Shown one piece after another: positions 21,666 through 31,199 of a DNA stretch of 64,000 nucleotides. The notes beneath the pieces were generated by a model, which made no database searches, was not told the DNA's origin, and saw nothing but the letters and a program-made list of their open reading frames with translations. The stretch comes from a virus. The position numbers and the translations under genes are program-made. Location of the stretch: the IMG/VR virus record IMGVR_UViG_3300031555_001876; one strand, 5' to 3'. Each line of letters opens with the position of its first letter. Position 1 is the stretch's first letter.

Positions 21666-23921
21666 ATGGTTTATATAATTAAACGCAATGGAGCAGTTGT
21701 TCCATTTGACAAAGATAGAATAGTTATTGCAATTAATAAGGCATTTATTGATGTAGACGGCACACTATATGAAACTGATACCGCACACGATATTGCTGAT
21801 GAAATTTATGAGAAAGCCGCTTTAAGTGACATTAACTATACGGTTGAAGAAATTCAAGATTTAGTAGAAGATTACTTAATGCGTAGTGAACGAAAAGACG
21901 TAGCCAAATCTTATATACGATATAGATATAAAAAAGAAGTTGCAAGAGATTACACCGATGATTTTATTACAGCGATTGGTGAAAAAATTAAAGGTGAAAA
22001 AATTGAAAACCAAAACGCAAATGTTGATGAACACTCTTTTGGTGGAAGATATGGTGAAGCGGCTGATTTATTAATGAAGAAATATGCTCTCGATTTTTGC
22101 GTAAGTAAAATGGCAAGAGATAATCATAATAACAATGAAGTTTATATTCACGACTTATCTGCTTATGCTGTTGGTATGCATAACTGTTTAAGTATTCCTT
22201 TTGATAAATTATTGGCAGAAGGATTTAATACTCGTCAAACTGATGTGCGTCCCGCAAATTCTGTAAATACTGCTTTCCAATTAGTAGCAGTTATTTTCCA
22301 ATTACAATCTTTACAGCAATTTGGTGGTGTATCTGCTACTCATTTAGATTGGACTATGGTTCCATATGTAAGAAAAAGTTTTTGGAAACATTTTTATGAT
22401 GCTTTTAAATATCATTTTGATGTTCCACATCAATATACAGGTGGACTTGCTTATAATGATTATTTAAAAAAAGTTGAAGAATGGATTATAACTCAAAAAA
22501 ATCAAAATTCTCCAATTGAAAATGGTAATGTTAAAGAATATAGTTCTTTATATAATCAAGCAATGAAAATGACCGAAAAAGAAACTGTTCAAGCAGTTGA
22601 AGGTATGTATCATAATTTAAATACTCTTCAATCCAGAAGCGGTAATCAATTACCTTTTACTTCTATTAATTATGGTACTTGTACTAGTCTAGAAGGAAGA
22701 ATGGTAATTAAAGCCTTGTTAGAAGGTTCTATTAAGGGTGTGGGCAAATTACATAAAACTTCTATTTTCCCTTGCGGCATTTTCCAATGTATGAAGGGCG
22801 TTAATAGAAAGCCAGGAGACCCAAATTATGACTTATTCAAATTAGCATTGCGTTCAACTGCCCAACGACTTTACCCTAATTACGCAAACGTAGATTGGTC
22901 AGGAAACGCAGGATATGATATCAATGACCCCACTACATACTTTAGCACAATGGGTTGCCGCACTGCGAACGGTTGGGATGTCAATGGACTAGGTCAGCAA
23001 AAAGATGGGCGCGGTAATATCTGCCCTGTCACTATCATCCTTCCTACGATTGCAATGGAATCTCGAAAGATATATGAATCAGGAACAAGTGGAAGCGCTT
23101 CATTAGAAGATGCATTTTTCTACTTATTAAATAAAAAAATTCACGAAGCAAAAGATATGTTAATTGAACGCTTTGAATGGATTTGTTCTCAAAATCCTGC
23201 TTCTGCTAAATTTATGTACGAAAATGGTTTAATGGCAGGTTACGATGGTAAAGATATTCGCAGCGCTCTCAAACACGGAACTTTGGTAATAGGTCAATTA
23301 GGTCTTGCAGAATGCTTACAATTATTAATTGGTACTGACCACACTTCACTTGAAGGAATGGAATTAGCAAAAAAGATTGAAAACTTTTTTAAAATTCATT
23401 GTGCTGAATTTAAAGAGAAATATAAATTAAATTTCGGTGTTTATTATACTCCTGCCGAGAATCTTTGCTATACTGCTTTAAAGAAATTCCGTGAAAAACA
23501 TGGAATTATTCCAAATGTAAGTGATAGAGAATTTTTTACTAATTCTATGCACGTTCCTGTATGGAAAGAAATGAGTCCTTTTGAAAAAATTGATATTGAA
23601 TCCCAACTTACTGGCTATTCTAGTGCTGGTTGTATCACTTACGTTGAACTTGATAGCGGTGTTAAAAATAATTTAGAAGCGCTTGAAACCTTAGTTAATT
23701 ATGCTATGGATAAAGATATCCCATATTTTGCGATAAACGTTCCCAATGACACTTGTTTGTCTTGTGGATATACTGATGAATTTAATGATGCCTGCCCTGA
23801 ATGCGGCAGTCAGGAAATTCAACAATTACGTCGTGTTACTGGCTATTTAACGGGTAATTATAAAACAGCATTTAATAAAGGTAAGCAAGCAGAAGTTGAA
23901 GAAAGAGTTAAACATAAATAA
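21666..23921 (+). CDS. nrdD: anaerobic ribonucleoside-triphosphate reductase (class III RNR)
   Basis: An N-terminal ATP-cone (MVYIIKRNGAVVPFDKDRIVIAINKA) is present. The C-terminus has a Zn-ribbon CLSCG..CPECG and the glycyl-radical motif RRVTGYLTG. There is no in-frame TAG. RBS GGAGG precedes 21666; the track start 21645 is the alternative. Confidence 0.75.
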   Translation: MVYIIKRNGAVVPFDKDRIVIAINKAFIDVDGTLYETDTAHDIADEIYEKAALSDINYTVEEIQDLVEDYLMRSERKDVAKSYIRYRYKKEVARDYTDDFITAIGEKIKGEKIENQNANVDEHSFGGRYGEAADLLMKKYALDFCVSKMARDNHNNNEVYIHDLSAYAVGMHNCLSIPFDKLLAEGFNTRQTDVRPANSVNTAFQLVAVIFQLQSLQQFGGVSATHLDWTMVPYVRKSFWKHFYDAFKYHFDVPHQYTGGLAYNDYLKKVEEWIITQKNQNSPIENGNVKEYSSLYNQAMKMTEKETVQAVEGMYHNLNTLQSRSGNQLPFTSINYGTCTSLEGRMVIKALLEGSIKGVGKLHKTSIFPCGIFQCMKGVNRKPGDPNYDLFKLALRSTAQRLYPNYANVDWSGNAGYDINDPTTYFSTMGCRTANGWDVNGLGQQKDGRGNICPVTIILPTIAMESRKIYESGTSGSASLEDAFFYLLNKKIHEAKDMLIERFEWICSQNPASAKFMYENGLMAGYDGKDIRSALKHGTLVIGQLGLAECLQLLIGTDHTSLEGMELAKKIENFFKIHCAEFKEKYKLNFGVYYTPAENLCYTALKKFREKHGIIPNVSDREFFTNSMHVPVWKEMSPFEKIDIESQLTGYSSAGCITYVELDSGVKNNLEALETLVNYAMDKDIPYFAINVPNDTCLSCGYTDEFNDACPECGSQEIQQLRRVTGYLTGNYKTAFNKGKQAEVEERVKHK

Positions 23922-23950
23922 GGTTGTCCAAATTTGGACAACCTTTATAA
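23919..23950 (+). terminator. rho-independent terminator after nrdD
   Basis: Stem AGGTTGTCC / GGACAACCT followed by TTTAT. Confidence 0.5.
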
Positions 23951-23995
23951 AGCCTCTTTAAAAAATATTTATATATAATAGAAGAGGTGTGTAAA

Positions 23996-24932
23996 ATGGC
24001 TTTAATATATAAAATTACAAATAAAATTAATAATCAATCATATATTGGAAAAACGATTCAACCTTTAAAGGTAAGATATCAAGAACATCATCAAGACTGT
24101 GCTAAATATTTAAAAAATCAAAAAACTTCTATTCCATTATATAATGCAGTTAATATTTATGGCTGGGATAATTTCACAATAGAAATTATTGAAGATAATA
24201 TCCCTAATAAGTTAATTAATGAAAAAGAATAGTATTATATAAAATATTTTGATACTTATAATAATGGTTATAATGCTACTCTAGGTGGAGATGGTGGAAG
24301 AACTTGTTCAAAATTAAATGAAAGTACAGTCCAATTAATTATTCAAATATTATTAGATGAAAATAATTTAAATTCATTAGAACAAATTGCAAAATAGTTT
24401 AATATTAGTACTACAATTATATCTTCTATAAATCAAGGGAAAGCCTGGTATAATGAAACATTAAATTATCCATTAAGAAAATATAATGTAACAGGATTAA
24501 GCATTAATAAATAGACATATAATAAAATTATTAATGATATAAAGAATACAAATTTATCTTTAAATAGTATTTCTAAAAAATATAACTTAACAGAAAATTA
24601 GATATGTGCAATAAATAATGGATACGAATGTTATAATGGAAAACATCCATATTATACTCCTATTTACGAAGGGCCTTTTCCAATTAGAAGTACAAATAAA
24701 AAAATTGATATAACTAATAATATTCAAAATATATTATATGATATTATTTTTACAAAAGAATCTATGTCTAAAATTGGAGCAAAATATAATCTGCAAGGAA
24801 ATACTTTAACATACATAGCCAATGGGAAAAGAAGAAAAGAACTAACTAAAGATTTTATAACTCCATTACGACATAATATAGAAATAAATAAAAAAATTTA
24901 TAAAAAAATATATTCAATTAAAGAAGGTGATT
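23996..24932 (+). CDS. free-standing GIY-YIG homing endonuclease between nrdD and nrdG; 4 in-frame TAGs
   Basis: Sequence MALIYKITNKINNQSYIGKT..YGWDNFTIEII is present, with C-terminal HTH-like repeats. The gene has its own promoter-like TATATAAT and an RBS. Confidence 0.55.
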
Positions 24933-24934
24933 AA

Positions 24935-25434
24935 ATGCGATACTCTCGAATAATATATAATGATTTTACTGCTGCACCAGGAGTAAGTTTAACTTTTTTT
25001 GTTCAAGGGTGTCCTTGACACCAATTAGATGTAAAGGTTGCCATAATCCAGAACTCCAAGATTTCGGAGGAGGCAAGGATGTTGATGGTATTGTAATAAA
25101 TGATATTATTCAAGGTATTTCAGCCAATGGTATTTAGCGCAATCTTTGTATTATGGGTGGCGAACCTCTTTGTGATGAAAACAAGTTTTTAACTTATATG
25201 ATAATTGAAAATGTTAAAAAGGTATATCCAGATGTGAAAGTTTATATTTGGACTGGCTATGTTTTAGAAAACTTAGTTAAAAGTAATGATGATAGAATTA
25301 AAAGAATCTTAGATTTGACTGATACTATTATTGATGGTCCTTATATAGAAGAAGAGCGAGATATTACTCTCCATATGCGCGGCAGTAAAAATCAAAGAAT
25401 AATCAATTTAATTGACTTACGAAATAAATTATGA
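24935..25434 (+). CDS. nrdG: anaerobic RNR activating enzyme (radical SAM), reading frame interrupted at 25016-25020
   Basis: The N-terminus ..GVSLTFFVQGCP is followed by TGA. The +1 frame continues IRCKGCHNPELQDF..GGEPL..IWTGY..GSKNQ, matching NrdG throughout. An intact CxxxCxxC is obtained only by skipping 5 nt between CCU and CCA. Confidence 0.55.
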
Positions 25435-25440
25435 TATAAT
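25412..25440 (+). promoter_or_regulatory. sigma70-like promoter TTGACT-N17-TGATATAAT
   Basis: -35 at 25412-17; -10 at 25432-40. Confidence 0.45.
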
Positions 25441-25590
25441 TTATGTAGAAGGTGATTAAATCTGGATACAACAAATTTTAGAATAACATCTACGCATCCA
25501 AGTTGCTATGAAGATTTTATTCCATAGGTTGGTGAAATTGTTTATGTACAAGAGACTGAATCAATATGGATATATGTTGAAGGTTAGTGG

Positions 25591-25992
25591 ATGCCATTGT
25601 GTGATAATATAAAGGTAGATAATGATATGAATTTATATGAAATGAATCAAAATATGGTTAAGCAACTTCCTGTATTAGATATTACAGAAAAAGAACTTAA
25701 CTTAATTAATCAATTACATAATATTCATGGGAATCAATATTATATGCTTCTATGTAATGATATGAAGTATTATACTATTCTTAAAGTATCTTCTGCTTGG
25801 GCTATTATGCCTACTATGTGTGAAACTCTTGGTTTAACTGTTGTTGATTGTTTAAAAAGTGTCGGTGATATTAAATCTATTGATTTAGTTCCTGATAATT
25901 CCGCAATTGAGATTTGGCTAGAAAACACAGAAGGTATATATTGTATGTATTTATTCCCATATGATGAAGGAGTTGTTGAATTCCGTGGCTAA
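25591..25992 (+). CDS. hypothetical protein; possible N-terminal extension from a CTG at 25462
   Basis: The frame is open from 25456. Promoter 25412-25440 and RBS AGGTGA precede CTG 25462. Confidence 0.3.
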   Translation: MPLCDNIKVDNDMNLYEMNQNMVKQLPVLDITEKELNLINQLHNIHGNQYYMLLCNDMKYYTILKVSSAWAIMPTMCETLGLTVVDCLKSVGDIKSIDLVPDNSAIEIWLENTEGIYCMYLFPYDEGVVEFRG

Positions 25993-26269
25993 TAGATATA
26001 TTGTAAGTAATTTATCAATGTTTAATTATCATAATAAAATTTATATTTATAATGATAATGGCGAAAGTGAAGAAATTGGCGAATGTAATTTAAATGACGC
26101 CGCAGAGCAAATTGCTTATCATTGTTTAAATAATGATATTGAATTTGTTCAAATTTATGGCAATGGTTTGTATTTAAGACCAATAGCAAAAAGTATAGTG
26201 CGCGAAGTAGATAAACAAAAATTGAATTATTCTAATAAAAATTTAAAGGTAAAGGTAACTATCGGATGA
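25961..26269 (+). CDS. hypothetical protein
   Basis: ORF only; the true start may be at ATG 26019. Confidence 0.25.
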   Translation: MMKELLNSVANRYIVSNLSMFNYHNKIYIYNDNGESEEIGECNLNDAAEQIAYHCLNNDIEFVQIYGNGLYLRPIAKSIVREVDKQKLNYSNKNLKVKVTIG

Positions 26270-26511
26270 AATATTTAGTAAGTTCTGTTGATACATATAG
26301 AGTAAATACTGTTGAAGAAGTTGAACAATTTCACGAAGAATTAAAAAATGATGCTCATTTTACACTTGCATCTTTTGGTTATAAGCATAAGGAAATAAAG
26401 CAGAAGGGTGAAGTTATTGATGAGTATGAACTTGTTACTGTAAAAAAACTTTTTAATAATGAAAAAGAACCTGATAGCGATATTAAGATTACTTATGGGA
26501 TGGACTTTTAA
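26266..26511 (+). CDS. hypothetical protein (81 aa)
   Basis: ORF with start/stop coupling to its neighbours. Confidence 0.3.
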   Translation: MKYLVSSVDTYRVNTVEEVEQFHEELKNDAHFTLASFGYKHKEIKQKGEVIDEYELVTVKKLFNNEKEPDSDIKITYGMDF

Positions 26512-27083
26512 TGAATAAATTTGAAGTAGTAAGTAGATTTAAAGATAGTAAAATTAATTTAATTCCTACTCGTAAAACTAATGGTAGTGCAGGTTATGAT
26601 TTTTATGTTGCAGAAGATATTATTATTCCTCCTTACTTCGTTCAATTAGATAAAATGGAAGAATATGGTGGCCTCATTACTATGAATTTAGAAGAAGTTG
26701 CTAATAAAACAAAAGAATTAAAAGCAAGACCTACTCTTGTTTCTTCTGGAGTAAAATGTTAGTTAGATGAAGGTTTGTATCTTGAACTTTCTACCCGCAG
26801 TTCTACTCCTTTAAAGTATTGGTTAATTCTTGCCAATAGTGTAGGAATTATTGATAGTGATTATTATAATAATGAAGATAATGAGGGCGAAATCTTTTTC
26901 CAATTAATTAATTTAAGTCCTTGGTATATTAATCTTAAAGCAGGAGACTGTATTGGCCAAGGTATTATTAAACAGTATGATTTAACCGATAATGATTTTA
27001 CTGATAAAATCCGTAAAGGCGGTTTTGGGTCTACTGATATTTTTGATGCCTTCTTTACTCGGCGTCAAGATGATGGAAAATGA
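26511..27083 (+). CDS. dut: dUTP diphosphatase; one in-frame TAG at 26760
   Basis: Motifs AGYDF, GIIDSDY and RKGGFGSTD are present. Track ORFs 26511..26762 and 26775..27083 are joined by the TAG. Confidence 0.75.
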
Positions 27084-27566
27084 GAATACTTGCATTTGAT
27101 TAGTCCTCACGTGTAACTGGATATGCTGTTTTTGATAATGACAGATTAATCGCTTATGATAAATTCACTTGCGTTAGTGATGATATTGGTGAGCGACTCG
27201 TTCAAATTAGAAAAATGCTTTTGGGTTTAATTGCTATTTATGACCCAGATGCAGTCGCTTTTGAAGATATTTAGTTACAAAATAATATTATTAATAATGT
27301 AGAAACTTTTAAAGTTTTAGCAGAAGTTTTTGGTATATTTTATGAGACTTTAAAAGAAATTGGAATAGATTATCATATAGTTCCATCTGTTACTTGGAAA
27401 AGTAAATTAGGAATTAAAGGTGCGAAGCGTGCTGACTAGAAGCGTGCGGCCGCAGCCTACGTCGCGCAAACATATGGAGTAAAAGCCACGCAAGATGAAT
27501 GTGATGCTATTTGCATTGGTGCTTATGTAAGCAATATACCTGAAGACTATGATTGGTCAGAATAAA
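27080..27566 (+). CDS. RuvC-like Holliday junction resolvase; 3 in-frame TAGs
   Basis: MRILAFD(TAG)SSRVTGYAV matches RuvC IIGIDPGSRVTGYGV. AVAFEDI(TAG) matches the AIEQ catalytic Glu region. Confidence 0.65.
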
Positions 27567-27622
27567 TAATTCTCATACCTCTAAATTTTAAAGTATTTAG
27601 AAATTGGAGGGAGGGAAAACCA

Positions 27623-28078
27623 ATGCTAACATTTTTCGCAACCTATGGAACTGAAGTTATTCTTGCGGTTGTAATTTTAATTGCTACTGGCATTTGCAAA
27701 TATTTCTATAATAAAGCAAAAGAAATTTAGAAACTTTATGATGGAGAAGAGAAAAAAGCAATTGACAAAGCAATTGATAAAAAACTCGAACCAATAGTTG
27801 AAGAGTTAGATGAATTACGCATGGCCCTTCAAAAGAATAAGGATTTAGAAGAATCTCATTTAAGGATAATTCTTTCTTCTTATCGTTACCGCTTAATGTC
27901 TTTATGTAAGCAGTATATAAAACAGGGCTATATTACTCCAGAACAATATGACCAATTAACTGAATTTTATAAAGTTTATCACGATTTAGGTGGTAATGGT
28001 CAAGCAAAAGAATTCTACGATAAAGCGTTAAGTCTTCCTTGTCACGGAGACGCTACAGTGGAAGTATATCACGAATAA
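27623..28078 (+). CDS. membrane-anchored coiled-coil protein; one in-frame TAG
   Basis: The N-terminal TM segment is followed by a charged helix. The track ORF 27821..28078 extends upstream in frame through a TAG (~27728). Confidence 0.35.
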
Positions 28079-28125
28079 AAAAAATAGGGAAAGTGAATTA
28101 ATTCACTTTCCCTATTTTTTATTTT
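28078..28125. terminator. bidirectional terminator between the plus early block and the leftward minus block
   Basis: A-run, then stem TAGGGAAAGTGAATT / AATTCACTTTCCCTA, then T-run. Confidence 0.6.
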
Positions 28126-28438
28126 AACAACCTTTTATATCACAAAAAGTTTGATTAGTAATATCAATAATTTCTTGACCGTAAGTTGCAATTAAATCTG
28201 CTACTATTTCTTCGAAATATATATCCATAAGAATACCATAACTAAACATTGCCGCGTGTACTAATTCGTGACATAAAACTTTTTTAAACATTTCTCTATC
28301 TAATGATTCATAAATATAAATAGTTTTATCAATATCATCACAACATCCAATAGTAACAGAACCATCACTTCGAATTAACGTTGGATGATTGGTAGAAACC
28401 AGGATAATTTGCCAATATTCACCATTAATAACAAACAT
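28124..28438 (-). CDS. small zinc metallopeptidase (ImmA/IrrE-like HExxH)
   Basis: Motif VLCHELVHAAMF is present. Confidence 0.4.
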   Translation of the reverse strand: MFVINGEYWQIILVSTNHPTLIRSDGSVTIGCCDDIDKTIYIYESLDREMFKKVLCHELVHAAMFSYGILMDIYFEEIVADLIATYGQEIIDITNQTFCDIKGC

Positions 28439-29025
28439 TATTTAACCTAACCGATTTTAGATGCTAAAGCCGAAACTCGTTTTTCAAGATATTGTCTTTC
28501 TTCTGGTGAAGCATCTTCAATCATTTCTACCATATCCTGTGTTAATTCTTGCATATATTTTTCTAATTCTTTAATTTGAGATGCTTTATCTCGATGCATC
28601 TCTTTTGATTCCATATAAGTTTTTCTTGTCTAATGACTGCGGCCTTCGCGTGGGTCACGCATCATCATATCATATTCAGTATAAGAACGATTACTGCCGC
28701 CATTTGAAGAACTACTACGACCACTTTGTCCAGAAGAAGAAGAGGATGAAGAGGAAGGAGTATAATACATTCTACCCTTTTCTCTGTCCATATCTCTTTC
28801 ATTATACATTGGTTGAGTATAGTAATGATACTCCTTTTCTTTCTCTTTTCCTTTTTCTTTCATCGCTTCAGTAATAGTGCAATAATACATTGCTTCTTCT
28901 AAATCTTTCAACATATCAATTGCTTCTCCAAGTTCTTTAGCATCAACATCTTTTAAATTACCCATTTGACTTTGAACGCAAGCCATTAAGGACTATTTCA
29001 TCATTTCATATTGACTCATACACAT
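28438..29025 (-). CDS. Ser-rich hypothetical protein with C-terminal coiled coil; 2 in-frame TAGs
   Basis: RBS GGAGGA precedes ATG 29025. The gene extends track ORF 28630..28986 in both directions. TAA 28438-40 overlaps the next ATG. Confidence 0.4.
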
Positions 29026-29039
29026 ATTAATCCTCCTTT

Positions 29040-29462
29040 TTATGCCACACGTTCAACAATCAAATTGGCATTCTGAACATTGATTGGTTGAGTACTTACA
29101 TTTCTTACACTAACGCTCATACAGCAATTGCGCGGAACATCAATAAATATAGCGCTAAATACATTAAAAAATTCTTCAACGGCTGCAGGAGTAACTATCA
29201 TAGTAGTTGTTCCAATTGCCTCTCCTTCAATAGCAATTGCTAAAGAGATTGCTTCAACGGTACCACCAGTAGGAATTGAAATATTGCCGCCGAAACTCAC
29301 TTTAAAGCGAGCCCGACTTTGGCAATTAGTAATTCCTCTTAAAGTAATAAGACCACTACCATCACGATGGACTATGGAGCAATTCCCGCAAGTTACAGTA
29401 TCAGTAAATTGAACATTCTGATTCACAGGGACAACCTGTAATACATTAGCAGTTATTTCCAT
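29040..29462 (-). CDS. hypothetical protein resembling spore-coat/exosporium small proteins
   Basis: 140 aa with Cys pairs (CGNC, NCC). The similarity call is from memory of Firmicute spore-surface proteins and is weak. Confidence 0.3.
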   Translation of the reverse strand: MEITANVLQVVPVNQNVQFTDTVTCGNCSIVHRDGSGLITLRGITNCQSRARFKVSFGGNISIPTGGTVEAISLAIAIEGEAIGTTTMIVTPAAVEEFFNVFSAIFIDVPRNCCMSVSVRNVSTQPINVQNANLIVERVA

Positions 29463-29496
29463 TTATTTTCCCTCCAATATAGTGTTTTATTACTTA

Positions 29497-30273
29497 TTAA
29501 CCAAAATAGTTACTTCCTTCGCAGCATCCGCTACTTCTAAAACCATAACCATAAGGACTATAGCAGCAGTTAGGATTTGGTACAAAGTACGCAGGAATTG
29601 GGCAAGGATCACTTAATTTACTTACCAAATAGGCGTTCTGGGCTTGCTGGGAAGCAGCAAATTTTAGTGACTGATTCTCGGCCTGTAAAGCAGAAATTCT
29701 ATCTTGTGTTAAGAAATCTAAAATAGAACGAACACCTGCATTCTGATTATCAATAATATCACGAGTAGAATCGCTAATAACGTGGCGAGTATCACAAGAC
29801 TGAGTTGCTAAATTATAATTGGTATCAGAGAAGCCACGTTCAATGGCTCTTTGAGTTCCACAGCAACAGTCGCTTATTTGATGAGATAAACTATTCATTG
29901 CCTGCGCTTCTTGGTAGCCTAAAGTACAAATAGCATTATCAATTCCGTGGAAACCACTCATTAAAGCATTATTTAATGCATAAGTACTATCTGCTAAACC
30001 ATAAGTCTGCTGGTCTAATTTAGAAATTAAAGTCTGCTGGTCAACAGCAGCACGCACATCTTCTTGAGTGGCAGGGAGTCCATAACGCATTCCACCACCA
30101 CCACCAAAACCACTACCGCCGAAGCCCCATCCGCCGGCAAATAAGAATAATAAAATTATCCACCAACCATTGTCGCCAAATAATCCATCACCATTTCTAC
30201 TGGAGCCACTGGTGACAGCGGCAATGTCGGCTAAACTATACATACTATTTCCAAACATTTTCATTTCCTCCAA
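29497..30273 (-). CDS. Gly/Cys-rich membrane protein
   Basis: A TM segment is followed by a GGWGFGGSGFGGGGG tract. The C-terminus PNPNCCYSPYGYGFRSSGCCEGSNYFG is Cys-rich. Confidence 0.35.
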   Translation of the reverse strand: MEEMKMFGNSMYSLADIAAVTSGSSRNGDGLFGDNGWWIILLFLFAGGWGFGGSGFGGGGGMRYGLPATQEDVRAAVDQQTLISKLDQQTYGLADSTYALNNALMSGFHGIDNAICTLGYQEAQAMNSLSHQISDCCCGTQRAIERGFSDTNYNLATQSCDTRHVISDSTRDIIDNQNAGVRSILDFLTQDRISALQAENQSLKFAASQQAQNAYLVSKLSDPCPIPAYFVPNPNCCYSPYGYGFRSSGCCEGSNYFG

Positions 30274-30285
30274 TTAATTTAAAAA

Positions 30286-30531
30286 TTATTTAAAACCATA
30301 TTGGGCTTTAAATTTTGCAAATTCTGTATCGAAATCTAATCCTCTTTGAGCAACTAAATTTCGAGCAATTTTTTCAATCTCACTCGTTTGTCCAGTCCGT
30401 GCGAGATTTAGGAGATTTTCTCCCATTGGGGTTCCTTTCATTTGATTTTCTAATACACTCATTACTAACTGTTGTGGATTATATCCTTGCTTAATCATCC
30501 CAATCAACTAATTGGGGTCTACGTAGAACAT
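30286..30531 (-). CDS. hypothetical protein; one in-frame TAG
   Basis: RBS AAAGGAGG precedes ATG 30531. The gene extends track ORF 30286..30507. Confidence 0.35.
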
Positions 30532-30591
30532 TGGAAGATACCTCCTTTAAAATTAAAATTTAAAAACTGGTTGCGATTGCTGTGCCGCAGG

Positions 30592-30944
30592 CTATGACAT
30601 TTCTAATAATTTACCCTCATATGTTTTTATTAATTGATTAATTACTTCTTCAAATTCTTCACGGGTAACATAAGAAGAGTCATTAGACTGGTCAGCAGGT
30701 TTAATTTGGCTTAATTCGTATAAATTTATACAAACCGTGCCATCCATATTTATAGATTTAGTATAAATTTTTTTATTTGCTACATCTGGAAAATAAAACA
30801 CTGAACCATCAAAATCAATAGGAGAGGCTTTCACTTCTTCAATAGAAGAAACAGGCCTAACCTATGATATTACTTGAGGATTTATGTTCCAGTTTGTATA
30901 TGGCTACTATCTATAATTAGGAATAAATTGCTATTGCTGATAGG
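30592..30944 (-). CDS. hypothetical protein; 4 in-frame TAGs
   Basis: RBS AAAGGAGG precedes ATG 30944. The gene extends track ORF 30592..30834. Confidence 0.35.
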
Positions 30945-31035
30945 GGTAATTCATAAATAGGCGCCTCCTTTACATTTTCATTTTCCTTACCTCTTCATTA
31001 CTATATAATTTTTAAGTCAAATAAATAAATAAAAG

Positions 31036-31138
31036 AAACTCACACATTTTTTGATAAATTTTTCGTTGCTGCGTTTTTAATTAAATTTTTCAAACTCACA
31101 ATTTTAATTGAAAAAATTTTTCTCACAATTTTAGTTGA
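31036..31138. promoter_or_regulatory. three imperfect direct repeats AAACTCACA(A/C)ATTTT(A/T)(A/G)TTGA, candidate LytTR-regulator binding sites
   Basis: Copies lie at 31036-31056, 31091-31111 and 31121-31138. Repeats 2 and 3 are 27 bp apart, and repeat 3 abuts the -35. They sit in the divergent intergenic region between leftward operon 30944<- and the LytTR gene. Confidence 0.45.
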
Positions 31139-31164
31139 TTTTTTCACAAAAATATGTTATAATA
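31135..31164 (+). promoter_or_regulatory. promoter of the LytTR regulator gene (TTGATT-N18-TGTTATAAT)
   Basis: -35 at 31135-40 overlaps direct repeat 3. The extended -10 is at 31156-64. Confidence 0.45.
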
Positions 31165-31199
31165 TAATAAAATAATAAATAAATAAAAAGGAGAAATCA

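Noticed and set aside
31036-31138. Direct repeats considered as a possible CRISPR array or iterons
   Set aside because: There are only three imperfect copies with unequal spacing (56 and 27 bp). They lie next to a promoter and a LytTR regulator gene, so they are interpreted as operator sites.
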